The notes under the pieces were generated by a model that had not been told where the DNA came from, made no database searches, and worked only from the letters and a program-made list of their open reading frames with translations. 40,138 bases of DNA from a virus (lineage: Duplodnaviria > Caudoviricetes), in the IMG/VR virus record IMGVR_UViG_3300017780_001365, positions 1-40,138 of that record; one strand, written 5' to 3'. The position numbers and the translations under genes are program-made. This document shows positions 26,563 through 35,825 of the stretch, one piece after another. Position 1 is the stretch's first letter. Each line of letters begins with the position of its first letter.

Positions 26563-26750
26563 AACCAAACCACTATAAGATACTTAGCGACTGCGTGTAT
26601 GATGGAGCTATCTACGGAGTCATGAGGGCATTCAAGTACAACGAGATGCCGACCGAGGAGCAGATAGCAGACAGGGTGCGCGATGCAGTCATGAATGAGA
26701 TTTGCGAACACTACGACTTCGAACCACATTCATCCGATGAAGATTACTGA
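26559..26750 (+). CDS. Hypothetical protein
   Basis: ATGA overlap. Confidence 0.65.
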   Translation: MKPNHYKILSDCVYDGAIYGVMRAFKYNEMPTEEQIADRVRDAVMNEICEHYDFEPHSSDEDY

Positions 26751-27024
26751 AGAACAACTCCAGACGATCATCAAGCGTTACGAGGCACTGGATGCTGCAA
26801 CGGCAAAGGTTATCGATGTCGGATGCATGGACCCAGACGGGCCATTGTACGATGCCATCTGGCGCATGTTTGATGAGATGCTATTGATGATCGATCCTCA
26901 CTCATGGATTTCGTGGTACATCTTCGACAACGCTATGGGAGCAAATTGCCTTGAGGCAGAGTGCGGATCGAAGATGATCAAGGTTACAAACCTCAAGAAG
27001 CTTTTAAGCGTGATCAACTCATGA
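26737..27024 (+). CDS. Hypothetical protein
   Basis: ATG at 26737 (MKITEEQ...); WISWYIFD motif. Confidence 0.65.
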   Translation: MKITEEQLQTIIKRYEALDAATAKVIDVGCMDPDGPLYDAIWRMFDEMLLMIDPHSWISWYIFDNAMGANCLEAECGSKMIKVTNLKKLLSVINS

Positions 27025-27107
27025 ACATGGAACTTGTTAGCCTATTCGTTATACTGGTGATCATGAGCATCCTGTTCCTATCACCGGGACCAGACGACTT
27101 CATTTGA
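27021..27107 (+). CDS. Very small membrane peptide (28 aa)
   Basis: ATGA overlap; MNMELVSLFVILVIMSILFLSPGPDDFI; fills the gap. Confidence 0.4.
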   Translation: MNMELVSLFVILVIMSILFLSPGPDDFI

Positions 27108-27108
27108 T

Positions 27109-27339
27109 ATGCCACGCTTCGTTCGCAACCCAACACTAGCCGAGGACGGACTCCCGCAGGAAATGTTCCTCGATGTTCGTCGAGCATGTGAAAGGTGGTT
27201 GCTGGCAAACGATCCGTTTTACTGCGACGAGGACAACTATAAAACATGGAAAACCAAAACCAATGAACAAACAAGCACTACTGAAAGTACACACAGAAAC
27301 TTGCCGACAAGCGTTGGCGATAATGGATGTAAAAAATAA
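27109..27339 (+). CDS. Hypothetical protein
   Basis: ORF in a packed operon; overlaps the next gene. Confidence 0.5.
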   Translation: MPRFVRNPTLAEDGLPQEMFLDVRRACERWLLANDPFYCDEDNYKTWKTKTNEQTSTTESTHRNLPTSVGDNGCKK

Positions 27340-27649
27340 CGATTATTCTGGAGGTGAGCATGCACACGATGCGCTTGCTAACTTCAAAGCTAGTGAGTCG
27401 TTAGGCTTACATCCTATCACTGGTCTTCTGCTGCGAATGCAGGACAAGTTGCAGCGTCTCAAATCGTTTGCAAACGATGGGAAGCTTGCTGTGCCGAACG
27501 AGTCTGCCGAGGATGCCTGCCTCGACCTCGTTAACTACGCTATCTTGGCCAAGGCGTTGATCATCGACGAGCGTGGAATCACCACCGCAGATGTCCCAGA
27601 ACCGTCCAAATTGCCCGATTACCCCGGTCTGGACGACGAATTAGAGTAG
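27263..27649 (+). CDS. DUF1599 / nucleotide-modification-associated domain protein (all-alpha NTP-PPase-like)
   Basis: KNNDYS...ANF...RMQDKLQRL...ESAEDACLDLVNYA. Confidence 0.75.
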   Translation: MNKQALLKVHTETCRQALAIMDVKNNDYSGGEHAHDALANFKASESLGLHPITGLLLRMQDKLQRLKSFANDGKLAVPNESAEDACLDLVNYAILAKALIIDERGITTADVPEPSKLPDYPGLDDELE

Positions 27650-27795
27650 GAAAATTCCTAGATTTTAAGCGGGTTGCAGCGGATTCTGAAACTTTTTTCA
27701 GAAATTCTGCATTTTTCTGTTGAGTTTATTCCACTCATGTGGGAGAGTCTTCTCGTTGCCAGCAGGCAGCACCAACAACCAACCAGAACAAACCA

Positions 27796-27945
27796 ATGAA
27801 AAACAAAATTGAAACAATTATCGAAACCCTCTTAACTTACAATCAACGCATGGCAGCTGAGGCAATCTTGGACTTGCTGGTTGAGGGGGCAATTAGTGAG
27901 CGTGAAGCAAAACGCCAACTCGCAGTTAACGGAATCAACATCTAA
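27796..27945 (+). CDS. Small early-type hypothetical protein
   Basis: AAACCAATG start after an A/C-rich leader. Confidence 0.6.
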   Translation: MKNKIETIIETLLTYNQRMAAEAILDLLVEGAISEREAKRQLAVNGINI

Positions 27946-27988
27946 CCATTCCGCTGGGTTCCACCCCCAGCACAACCAACCACACACA

Positions 27989-28198
27989 ATGAACACAGAG
28001 AGACTCGCAGATGATGCACTACAAGCTTGGGTGATCAACCCAATGCGCCGCAACAACGCTCGCTTTGCCTTGTACGGAAACGATGGGCAGTATCACGGCT
28101 CATTCCCAGATGAATCGTCCGCTCACAGCTACGTAGACGAGGTTGCATCAACTCCAGCATGGATTGGAGAAGGATACCAAGTCATCAAATTCCGTTAA
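27989..28198 (+). CDS. Small hypothetical protein
   Basis: ACACAATG start after a GCTGGG/CCCAGC hairpin. Confidence 0.6.
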   Translation: MNTERLADDALQAWVINPMRRNNARFALYGNDGQYHGSFPDESSAHSYVDEVASTPAWIGEGYQVIKFR

Positions 28199-28220
28199 TA
28201 AAAACCAACAAACCACACAC

Positions 28221-28331
28221 ATGAACCTTCCAGAACCACCCACATGGCTTGCAGTCATCCTCTCAGCCCTACTTGGCGCAGCCTTCATCGGCGCGGCAAT
28301 CATCCTCAAAGAATTCGTACACAGCTACTAA
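28221..28331 (+). CDS. Small membrane protein (36 aa)
   Basis: WLAVILSALLGAAFIGAAIIL; TAATG coupling downstream. Confidence 0.6.
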   Translation: MNLPEPPTWLAVILSALLGAAFIGAAIILKEFVHSY

Positions 28332-28504
28332 TGAAAAAACAAAAGTACACCTACAAAATGGCGCGGATGGGCCTGCCAATCATCCACATGAAAAGCCGCA
28401 AACCCACCCGCAGGATATGCTGGTGCAGGGTCATCCCGCTCGCATCATGCGTGGCACTTTGGGTCGCGGTGATCTGGCTCCTTGTGAAGGGAGGTATTGC
28501 ATGA
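28331..28504 (+). CDS. Small basic membrane-anchored protein
   Basis: Coupled start and stop; C-terminal hydrophobic segment. Confidence 0.55.
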   Translation: MKKQKYTYKMARMGLPIIHMKSRKPTRRICWCRVIPLASCVALWVAVIWLLVKGGIA

Positions 28505-28629
28505 GTGCTGGCAAGGGTGACACTCCACGACCAGTAGACGCAAAAGCGTACGGTGAGAATTACGATGCAATCTTCCGCAAGGACAAACCAGAACCGAAAC
28601 CAGAACCAAAAACAGAACATGGAAAGTAA
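28501..28629 (+). CDS. Small phage protein (GKGDxPRPVD...NYDxIF type)
   Basis: MSAGKGDTPRPVDAKAYGENYDAIF; ATGA overlap. Confidence 0.65.
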   Translation: MSAGKGDTPRPVDAKAYGENYDAIFRKDKPEPKPEPKTEHGK

Positions 28630-28912
28630 CCACAACGAATGCCCGTGCTGCCATCAAGACTGGGTGGCAGACACCGACCGAACCTGCCCCACCTGCGACC
28701 TGCCAGTCTCCGAACACGTAAGTGTCGAGGTGCTGTGCAGGAGGGTTTGTGAGGCGCAGAATCGTGAGAGTGCGCTGATCGTGGAGAATAAGCGACTGAA
28801 GGCATTGCTGGAGGAGAAGGAAATATTCATCCAGCGTGTCATCACTTGGCCACATGATGCCGACCCATTCACCTCATCAGACCACGACAACGATTTTAGA
28901 AATTATCTATGA
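28619..28912 (+). CDS. Zn-ribbon + coiled-coil hypothetical protein
   Basis: CPCC...CPTC followed by a heptad pattern. Confidence 0.65.
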   Translation: MESNHNECPCCHQDWVADTDRTCPTCDLPVSEHVSVEVLCRRVCEAQNRESALIVENKRLKALLEEKEIFIQRVITWPHDADPFTSSDHDNDFRNYL

Positions 28913-29151
28913 CAAAAATACATTGGCGCATCTGCGCCTGCTGCGGACTCCCAAAAGCACTGGAGGAGTTCCGCAGTACCACCAACTGCAAAAAGTGCCA
29001 GAACAACAATGAAACGAGGAAGAAAACCACTACCGCAGGGCAAGCATCGCATAGCCCGATCCATAACAATGTCACCAGAATCGTGGGAGATCCTAGCCCA
29101 CCTCCAGAAGCATCACTTCCGAGGAGAGAAGTCACGCAGCCGGGCAATTGA
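28909..29151 (+). CDS. Possible small Zn-finger protein
   Basis: CACC...CKKC; ATGA overlap; the 3' half overlaps the next ORF. Confidence 0.45.
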   Translation: MTKIHWRICACCGLPKALEEFRSTTNCKKCQNNNETRKKTTTAGQASHSPIHNNVTRIVGDPSPPPEASLPRREVTQPGN

Positions 29152-29194
29152 GCATTTCATCCGCTTCATGCAGGACAACATTGAGGAAGAATGA
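29009..29194 (+). CDS. Ribbon-helix-helix-like DNA-binding protein
   Basis: GRKPLP...RSITMSPESWEIL...SRSRAIEHFI; coupled to the initiator gene. Confidence 0.6.
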   Translation: MKRGRKPLPQGKHRIARSITMSPESWEILAHLQKHHFRGEKSRSRAIEHFIRFMQDNIEEE

Positions 29195-29793
29195 GCATTC
29201 ACTACATATCGCAGGCATGGAAGACACCAGTAGCCGATGCCAAGGCCAAGTTGGTCCTGCTCAAGTTGGCCGACAATGCCAATGACGAGGGTGTTGCTTG
29301 GCCCCACATCGAGACCATCGTGGCAGAGACAAGTCTGTGCCGTAGCAGCGTCTTCCGAGCATTGGACAAGCTTGAGGAATCTGGACTGATCACCCGTCAT
29401 CGAGGACGAAACGAGGTGGTTTACAGAATCCAGAAGTGTCTCACGGACACCTCTAGAAGTGTCCCACAGACACCCCAGAAGTGTCTCACAGACACCTCTA
29501 CAGGTGTCTCACAGACACTTACCCTTACTAAAGAAACGTCAAGAGAACATATAGGGGAAGAAACGGAGAAACCCACGAGGTTCAAGAAGCCCACCATTGC
29601 CGAAGTCCACGCCTACGGAATGACCCTCACTCCACGCTTCCTCAAGGCCCAGCAGTTCTGCGATTACTACGAGTCCAAGGGATGGGTAATCGGCAAGTCA
29701 CCAATGAAATCGTGGAAGGCAGCAGTTCGCACTTGGCAGGCCAAGGACAAACCCGTAACCAAGGCACAGACATCCGACCAATTTGGAATATGA
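29191..29793 (+). CDS. Replication initiator (N-terminal HTH_36, lambda-O-like architecture)
   Basis: KLVLLKLADNANDEGVAWP...LCRSSVFRALDKLEESGLI; internal iterons; FxDYYESKGW...MKSWKAAVRTW C-terminal domain; precedes DnaB. Confidence 0.85.
   Translation: MSIHYISQAWKTPVADAKAKLVLLKLADNANDEGVAWPHIETIVAETSLCRSSVFRALDKLEESGLITRHRGRNEVVYRIQKCLTDTSRSVPQTPQKCLTDTSTGVSQTLTLTKETSREHIGEETEKPTRFKKPTIAEVHAYGMTLTPRFLKAQQFCDYYESKGWVIGKSPMKSWKAAVRTWQAKDKPVTKAQTSDQFGI
29436..29518. repeat. Four 15-bp palindromic iterons GTGTC-N5-GACAC (probable replication origin)
   Basis: Copies start at 29436, 29459, 29481 and 29504 (spacing 23/22/23 bp), inside the initiator gene, followed by an A-rich stretch. Confidence 0.85.
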
Positions 29794-31040
29794 CAGAACA
29801 AACCATACCCTCAGCCCATCCATCAGAGAAGGCAGTCATCTCATCCATCCTCAAGGACAGCACCCTGCTCAAGCGTGCTGCCGCAGATGGGTTGTCTGCC
29901 GACTCGTTTCACCATCCAGACACCAAGACCCTGTGGGAAGCTTGCAGGGAAATGCCAGCATCGGACAACAACCAGTTCGACCTCATCGCAGTCGTCCAGC
30001 ATCTGACCGAACGTGGATCAACTTTCGGTTACAATAAGCTCGACCGCATTGGTGGAGCATCGCAGGTGGTTGAAGTTTACAACTACGCCCCGACTCCCGC
30101 AGGATGGAGTCAGTGGGTTGCCACCCTCAAGGAGTACCAAGCACGCAGACTCGCGCAGTCTGCCGCCCGTGAGATCGCTGAGGCAGACGATGCCGCAGGA
30201 GCAATCGCATCATTCCGCACCACCCTCCAAAGCCTCCAGCAGGTGGTGAGCGGTAAGCAACGGAGCATCGACGCAGAGAAGGCATCCAAGCAGTTCATCG
30301 AGAACCTCATGCGCGACTACAACTCTGGAGACCTTCCGGGAGCTTCCACAGGCATCCCAGAGATCGACGCTATTTGCGGCGGAATGAGACCCGGTGAGTT
30401 CTGGGTTGTCGCTGGAAAGCCTTCTAGAGGCAAGTCTGTCCTCATGCTACAGATCGCCGCAAAGTTCATCGCAGATGGCAAGCCCATCGCCATCCACTCG
30501 CTGGAGATGATGAACCACGAAGTCATCGGCAGGCTCATCAGCGTCATGACCCACACGAACTACGGCAGCATCACTCAACCAAGAACCGCAGCCAAGCATG
30601 AGCTTCAGAAGATCCAGCGTGGTGTGGAGCAGATCAGCAACGCTCCCCTCTGGATTGACTCAAGCTCCAACCAGAGCATCGACAGCATCGCGGCAGAAGC
30701 CGAGCGCATCCGCGACCTGCATGGCAGTCTGGACCTCGTCGTGGTGGACTACCTGCAACTGATCCGAGGAGCCAGATCCAGCAGGGAATCACGCGAGGAG
30801 GAAGTGGCTAGGGTATCTGGTGGACTCAAGCAACTAGCCAAGCACCTCAAATGCCCAGTCATCAGCGCAAGCCAACTCAACGACAACAACCAAGTCCGAG
30901 AGTCCAGAGCTATCGAGCAGGACGCAGATGCCTTGCTGTTCATCGCAGAGGACGGAATCAAGGTTGGGAAGCTCCGAAACGGACAGCGTGACGTGGTCCT
31001 GCCACTCAGACTCAACGGTCAGTACCAAGAGTTCGTCTGA
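29790..31040 (+). CDS. dnaB: DnaB-family replicative helicase
   Basis: AGKPSRGKS, SLEM, VVVDYLQLI, SQLN and RESRAIEQDAD motifs; ATGA overlap at 29790. Confidence 0.93.
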   Translation: MTEQTIPSAHPSEKAVISSILKDSTLLKRAAADGLSADSFHHPDTKTLWEACREMPASDNNQFDLIAVVQHLTERGSTFGYNKLDRIGGASQVVEVYNYAPTPAGWSQWVATLKEYQARRLAQSAAREIAEADDAAGAIASFRTTLQSLQQVVSGKQRSIDAEKASKQFIENLMRDYNSGDLPGASTGIPEIDAICGGMRPGEFWVVAGKPSRGKSVLMLQIAAKFIADGKPIAIHSLEMMNHEVIGRLISVMTHTNYGSITQPRTAAKHELQKIQRGVEQISNAPLWIDSSSNQSIDSIAAEAERIRDLHGSLDLVVVDYLQLIRGARSSRESREEEVARVSGGLKQLAKHLKCPVISASQLNDNNQVRESRAIEQDADALLFIAEDGIKVGKLRNGQRDVVLPLRLNGQYQEFV

Positions 31041-31078
31041 TCCTACAGGCAACATCCTCCACCAAACAGCGCTAGATC

Positions 31079-31115
31079 GCTCCAGAATCGCTCACACAGC
31101 GTCTGGAGCTTTCTT
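31079..31115 (+). terminator. Probable intrinsic terminator after dnaB
   Basis: GCTCCAGA...TCTGGAGC stem followed by TTTCTT. Confidence 0.65.
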
Positions 31116-31533
31116 GTGGGTAATGTGTCCATAAATAGGGTCGAGAGCATACAGTGGCATTTCCGTGCGATTACGAGGGTGATGCTCTGGAACGCAGTGG
31201 TGATGGGGATTTAAGATCATGGCGGGAAAGTCACAGAATCAGCAACTTTCTTGCGGGGAACCGCTCCCGCTTTCGCAAAAGATTTCCGAAACACGCACGC
31301 GAGGGTCGAGCCACCCACCACATCTAGTGCTGCACCCACCAACTCACGGGTTGATTACTGATTGGCGACCACCCGATCCCGTGGAACACCGATGAATACT
31401 GGTGATTTCCGTGGAACAGAATTCAGCATTACGCATATTGTTACAAGTACTGGGGGGGAGGGGGTCGAGTTTTGGCGCGGCGAAAAATGACGGGGCGGTT
31501 AAAGTCACCTTTAAAAATTCGTCAATTGGCCCA

Positions 31534-32229
31534 CTATCGGAGAACAATCAGCGATTGCTCCGTTGGTGGGATTTTTGCTCCTTTTTTAAGATTGTCGATT
31601 GCCCATAGTGGGCGAAGGTTGGAGTAGTGATTTAGCCGTACGACATCTTCTGGCGTTTTGGCTGATGCTAATGGCACAATATGGTCGATATGCCACTGGT
31701 TTCTGTTATCCCAACTCATCCCATCAACAAATTGGTTTTCGATATGGGATTTCAATGATTCCCAATCACACCCGATGATTTCTTGGGATTTGGATGTTTT
31801 TGAGTAGCCTCTTTCCCTAAAGGATTTGGAAACCAACGATCTTACGCCAATGCTGAAAGCATAAAGCGTATCGTTTTTGCGCCTGTCCATTCTTCTTTTT
31901 CTTTTGACTTCATTGGCGTGTTTTTTGTTTTTCTGATAATAATCCTTGGCGTTTTGATTGTGCTTATCACGGTTTATTATTCTCCATTGTTTATTCGACA
32001 GATTGTGTTTTTCTGGGTTTTTGAGCCTTAAGCGTTTAGCTGCTCTTTTTACGGACTCGTTTCGTTTAATTGCCGACTCCCAAGTCACCCATACTTCTTC
32101 GGGTTTTCTATTTGGAGTGTATTGCCAAAAGACCTTCCCGTCTGCTCTAACATCCCACCTTTTCCACCGCCAAACAAAAGTGTTGACTTGTACTTCAAAT
32201 TCCAATAATGGTTGTGTAGCTTCTTGCAT
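31534..32229 (-). CDS. HNH-type endonuclease (free-standing; the only convincing minus-strand gene)
   Basis: IGCDWESLKSHIENQF...MSWDNR..WHIDHIVPL...HYSNLRPLWAIDNLKKG; AT-rich. Confidence 0.85.
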   Translation of the reverse strand: MQEATQPLLEFEVQVNTFVWRWKRWDVRADGKVFWQYTPNRKPEEVWVTWESAIKRNESVKRAAKRLRLKNPEKHNLSNKQWRIINRDKHNQNAKDYYQKNKKHANEVKRKRRMDRRKNDTLYAFSIGVRSLVSKSFRERGYSKTSKSQEIIGCDWESLKSHIENQFVDGMSWDNRNQWHIDHIVPLASAKTPEDVVRLNHYSNLRPLWAIDNLKKGAKIPPTEQSLIVLR

Positions 32230-32284
32230 GCTGATCCATGTTTGAGGTTAGCCGACCCTACGACCGTTATCGTAGGATCGGCAT

Positions 32285-32313
32285 AACAATACTCTATTTT
32301 AACACTTAGTCAA
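32285..32313 (-). promoter_or_regulatory. Promoter for the minus-strand HNH gene
   Basis: Minus-strand TTGACT-N16-TATTGT, followed by a leader hairpin (CCTACGA/TCGTAGG, ~32257-32276). Confidence 0.45.
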
Positions 32314-32320
32314 TACATTT

Positions 32321-32578
32321 ATGGCATCACCTGTAAGTTGGGATCTTCAAGGACAGAATGGTAGTACTGTGCTTAATGCTGGCACGTCCTACTCTGGTAA
32401 CATCCGCTGGATTCAAGTTGTGAATGATGCGGTGCTTGGTACTGTTGCTAGTGCGTCTGGCAATGTTGCCAACCCGACCCGCTTGCAGTCCATCACCCTT
32501 CCTGCTGGATTGGGTATTGGTGGCCGATTTTCGTCGGTTGCGGTGACCTCTGGCGTTGTCATTGCCTACTTTGAGTAA
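32321..32578 (+). CDS. Small beta-rich virion-type protein
   Basis: First gene of the tail module; TAATG coupling. Confidence 0.6.
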   Translation: MASPVSWDLQGQNGSTVLNAGTSYSGNIRWIQVVNDAVLGTVASASGNVANPTRLQSITLPAGLGIGGRFSSVAVTSGVVIAYFE

Positions 32579-35040
32579 TGTCCCAATTCCGTTCCATGGG
32601 TGGAATGGACGACTCGATTGCCGAGGATGGTGATCGGGGTTTTATTGGCGTGAACCAGAGGTTGCAGCTTAACCAGTTGCAGCCGGGTGAGGTAAGGGAG
32701 TCATTGAATGGACGCATGGAGGGTTACTGGAGACCTCGTAAGGGGATTGTGGCGATGACTGGTGCGTTTACCACCACTGGCACACCATTACAGTTGCCAT
32801 TTTATTTGATGAATGCGTCTAAGAGCATTTCAAATGTGACAGTACCTACGACTAGTACTATCCGTATTACAGTAACGGCTCATGGATTTGAGGTTGATTC
32901 TACGGGTTGGGCTAGGATTTCTGGATTGGATTCTGCGGTTAATGGGGATTATCTTTTGACCTATGTTGATGCTAACACTCTAGAGTACACTGTAGATGGC
33001 GTTACATCTGTGACTGATACTACTGGCACTTTATCGCAGATGCCGATTAACGATGCGGCTAACGCCAACGTCAGAGCGTCTTGTTTGTTTAGCGATCCAA
33101 ATACCGCCAATAAAGAGTATGTCATTGTGGCATTGGATACGGTTGCTAAAAAAATCGACCTTGATGAAAACAACAAGGATGCCAATGGGCATCTTTCGTC
33201 TGTAAATATTCCATACCCTCCGGGACTAGCACTTGGAGCCGACACCGATATGATACAGGTGTTCGACAAGGTAATGCTCTTCCGAGACGGGCAGCAGGCG
33301 TTTGAGTGGTATCCCAATGGTCGTCCTATTGTTTCTGCATCACAGTCTGGAACTACGACCGTTACCATGAATGTGAGAGAGCATGGTTTGCTTGCTGGGG
33401 CACAGGTTACGATTGCTGGACTTACTGGTGGTACGCCAGCCAACGGAACATTCACGGTGGTTTCCGTGATAGACCAAGACACCTTTACTTACATTTTTAC
33501 TACTAGTCAGACCCAGATTTTTGGCGTTTCTGCTGCCACCATGACCGATGGGTTTACCTTGTCGCCCGGTGGTGCGTACACCCAACCACAGACATTCAAT
33601 ATCCAAGCAAAGGATGTAGATGTGGTTTCTGGTCTTGTGACTGCTACTGTTACCGGCAATGTCACCGTTAAAGCTGGAGACATCATCGTGGTTCGAGAGT
33701 CCGCAACTCCAGAGCTTTCTGGGATGGTTGGTAACGAGTATTATGTGACCGAGGCCACGACCACTACGATTAAGTGGTACGCGCCTATTGGAGACTACAA
33801 TACATCATCATCCGATTCCTTTGAGTTTGGTGGCAGGTTTAGCGTTGGAGGAGGATTTATGCACCAACCGGGTGCACCCTGGGGTGTCTACTTCCAACGC
33901 CGCCTGTGGGTTCCACACTACTACAACCAGTCTGGTCCGTACAATGCGCCAGTCTTTACCAGCACAAAAATCACCGATGAGATCGCGGTTTCCGACATTC
34001 TAGACACAACGACCTTTGACCAGATCGAAAACCAATTCCGCATTAGTGGTGGTACTTCCGATTATGTGGTGGGAATGCACGGGTTCTACGACGATGCGTT
34101 GATTGTTTTTAACCGCAACAGCTTACACCTTATTTCTGGCACGATTGGAAGCCTTCTAGACACCAAGGTTACAGAATTGACCTCCGAGGTTGGGTGTTTA
34201 GCCCGTAAGACCATCGTATCGCGTGGCAACATGGTCATGTTCTTATCTGATGATGGCGTTTATGCCGTAGAGTTCCTTAACGATTACAACCTTCGTGGTG
34301 CGGATGAGCCAATTTCAAAGAACATTCAGCCCTACATTGACCGAATTAACAAGAATTACGCAGACCGATCCGTAGGTGTGCTGTTTGATAACCGCTACTA
34401 CCTCGCTGTTCCACTTGATTCGGTTGCGGGTGTTAACGATGCGCGTGGAAACAACGCAATTTTGGTGTTTAACTTCCTTAACAAGGGCTGGGAGTCTTTG
34501 GACACCTTTGGGGATTCGAGATTTTTAATTGAAAACTTCGTGATCGGCAGTGCAGGAGTCCGCGATAACATTTATGCTGTAACCGCAAATGGTGGATTGC
34601 ATCAACTTGAGGCAGCAGATACCTCAAATGATTTGTTGAGCGTATCCAATACGGCAAATTTAGTTGTGAGCCCTACGATTAACTCTTCTTTAATCACCCG
34701 TGGATATGACCTTGGCACAATGGAACGCAAAAGGTTTACTGACGCTCAACTTATAATGCAAAACTTGGCTGGGCAAAAAGGCGAATACAGCATTTCCTTT
34801 GCTACTGAAGATCCAGATAATGCACTTCCAATTGGTACAACGACCGATTTCCTTGGTGGTGTTGTATTAGAAGCAGACTCTCCAAATGAAGCAGAAACAG
34901 CAAGTATTCGTTGCAGACTTGGTGGTATTCGTGGCTATACAGGCACAATGATCTTGACAAGAACCATAGGCTCCCCCAAGGTAAACTCCATTAAAGTTGC
35001 TGGTTCTGTCACCAACAGACAAATTATCTCACAGAAATAA
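32578..35040 (+). CDS. Tail nozzle / stabilisation protein (tail tubular B / P22 gp10-like) with inserted beta-sandwich domains
   Basis: 820 aa, beta-rich; VGCLARKTI...FLSDDGVY...ISKNIQP...RYYLAVP pattern; AHG/EHG...V.I.G...NG.Y/F repeats. Confidence 0.75.
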   Translation: MSQFRSMGGMDDSIAEDGDRGFIGVNQRLQLNQLQPGEVRESLNGRMEGYWRPRKGIVAMTGAFTTTGTPLQLPFYLMNASKSISNVTVPTTSTIRITVTAHGFEVDSTGWARISGLDSAVNGDYLLTYVDANTLEYTVDGVTSVTDTTGTLSQMPINDAANANVRASCLFSDPNTANKEYVIVALDTVAKKIDLDENNKDANGHLSSVNIPYPPGLALGADTDMIQVFDKVMLFRDGQQAFEWYPNGRPIVSASQSGTTTVTMNVREHGLLAGAQVTIAGLTGGTPANGTFTVVSVIDQDTFTYIFTTSQTQIFGVSAATMTDGFTLSPGGAYTQPQTFNIQAKDVDVVSGLVTATVTGNVTVKAGDIIVVRESATPELSGMVGNEYYVTEATTTTIKWYAPIGDYNTSSSDSFEFGGRFSVGGGFMHQPGAPWGVYFQRRLWVPHYYNQSGPYNAPVFTSTKITDEIAVSDILDTTTFDQIENQFRISGGTSDYVVGMHGFYDDALIVFNRNSLHLISGTIGSLLDTKVTELTSEVGCLARKTIVSRGNMVMFLSDDGVYAVEFLNDYNLRGADEPISKNIQPYIDRINKNYADRSVGVLFDNRYYLAVPLDSVAGVNDARGNNAILVFNFLNKGWESLDTFGDSRFLIENFVIGSAGVRDNIYAVTANGGLHQLEAADTSNDLLSVSNTANLVVSPTINSSLITRGYDLGTMERKRFTDAQLIMQNLAGQKGEYSISFATEDPDNALPIGTTTDFLGGVVLEADSPNEAETASIRCRLGGIRGYTGTMILTRTIGSPKVNSIKVAGSVTNRQIISQK

Positions 35041-35045
35041 CCGCT

Positions 35046-35825
35046 ATGGGCGCAGTTAATACCACCTACACATTTACGGCTACTGACACAATCACTAGCA
35101 CGAAGATGAATAATATCATCGATCAAACAACGATGACTAGTGATGCAGTTTTTACTGGAGGAACTATCGAAGTTGTTTCCGGGAAATTGAGGGTTGCTGC
35201 TGGAAAAATCACATCAAACGAAATTGCTAGTAATTCAGTAAATACGGATGAAATTGTTAATTCAGCAGTAACAACCGCTAAAATTGCAGATGGTGCAATT
35301 ACTACGGCAAAGCTGTCTGCCAATTTGATTGTTGATAGTGTTCCATCAAATTTTCCAATTCAAGTCGTTAGCGCAACAAAAACTGACACTCAAATAGTCA
35401 CAAGTACAACGACAAGTTGGACTGATGTTAGTGGATTATCTATTACTCTTACTAGAGCAAAAGCAAGTGCTTCTGGGAAAATTAGAATTCAAGCGGTTAT
35501 ACCATCTTCAACAAACAATAACGATCACGGCGTAGCTTTTAGAATTATCCGTGGATCTACGGTTATTGGCGTTGGTGACGCGGATGGAAGCAGATTGCGT
35601 GCTACATCCAACAGTGGATATGCGGGGCAGTATGCAAACGTTCCGGGAGTTATTGATTTTATTGACACATCACCGGGTTCGTCAGCAACCGTTACTTACA
35701 AAATACAAGCAAAAGTTTACAATGCGGCAACTGGATACATAAACAGAACTTATTTTGACACGGATGCTGGTGATTACGAGTTTAGGACAATCAGCACAAT
35801 GACGCTTACTGAGCTTTCACCGTGA
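35046..35825 (+). CDS. Short tail fibre / spike protein
   Basis: ITSTKMN; VTTAKIADG repeats; C-terminal QVV...VSGLSITLT...TYKIQ...TLTE beta domain. Confidence 0.7.
   Translation: MGAVNTTYTFTATDTITSTKMNNIIDQTTMTSDAVFTGGTIEVVSGKLRVAAGKITSNEIASNSVNTDEIVNSAVTTAKIADGAITTAKLSANLIVDSVPSNFPIQVVSATKTDTQIVTSTTTSWTDVSGLSITLTRAKASASGKIRIQAVIPSSTNNNDHGVAFRIIRGSTVIGVGDADGSRLRATSNSGYAGQYANVPGVIDFIDTSPGSSATVTYKIQAKVYNAATGYINRTYFDTDAGDYEFRTISTMTLTELSP

Noticed and set aside
29436-29518. Palindromic repeats as a mini-CRISPR array
   Set aside because: Repeats are 15 bp with 7-8 bp similar spacers, inside a coding initiator gene, with no cas genes; they fit iterons.
31260-31330. tRNA-like element (GGGTCGAGCC...CCA)
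   Set aside because: No cloverleaf, acceptor stem or canonical T-loop; I found no tRNA in the window.
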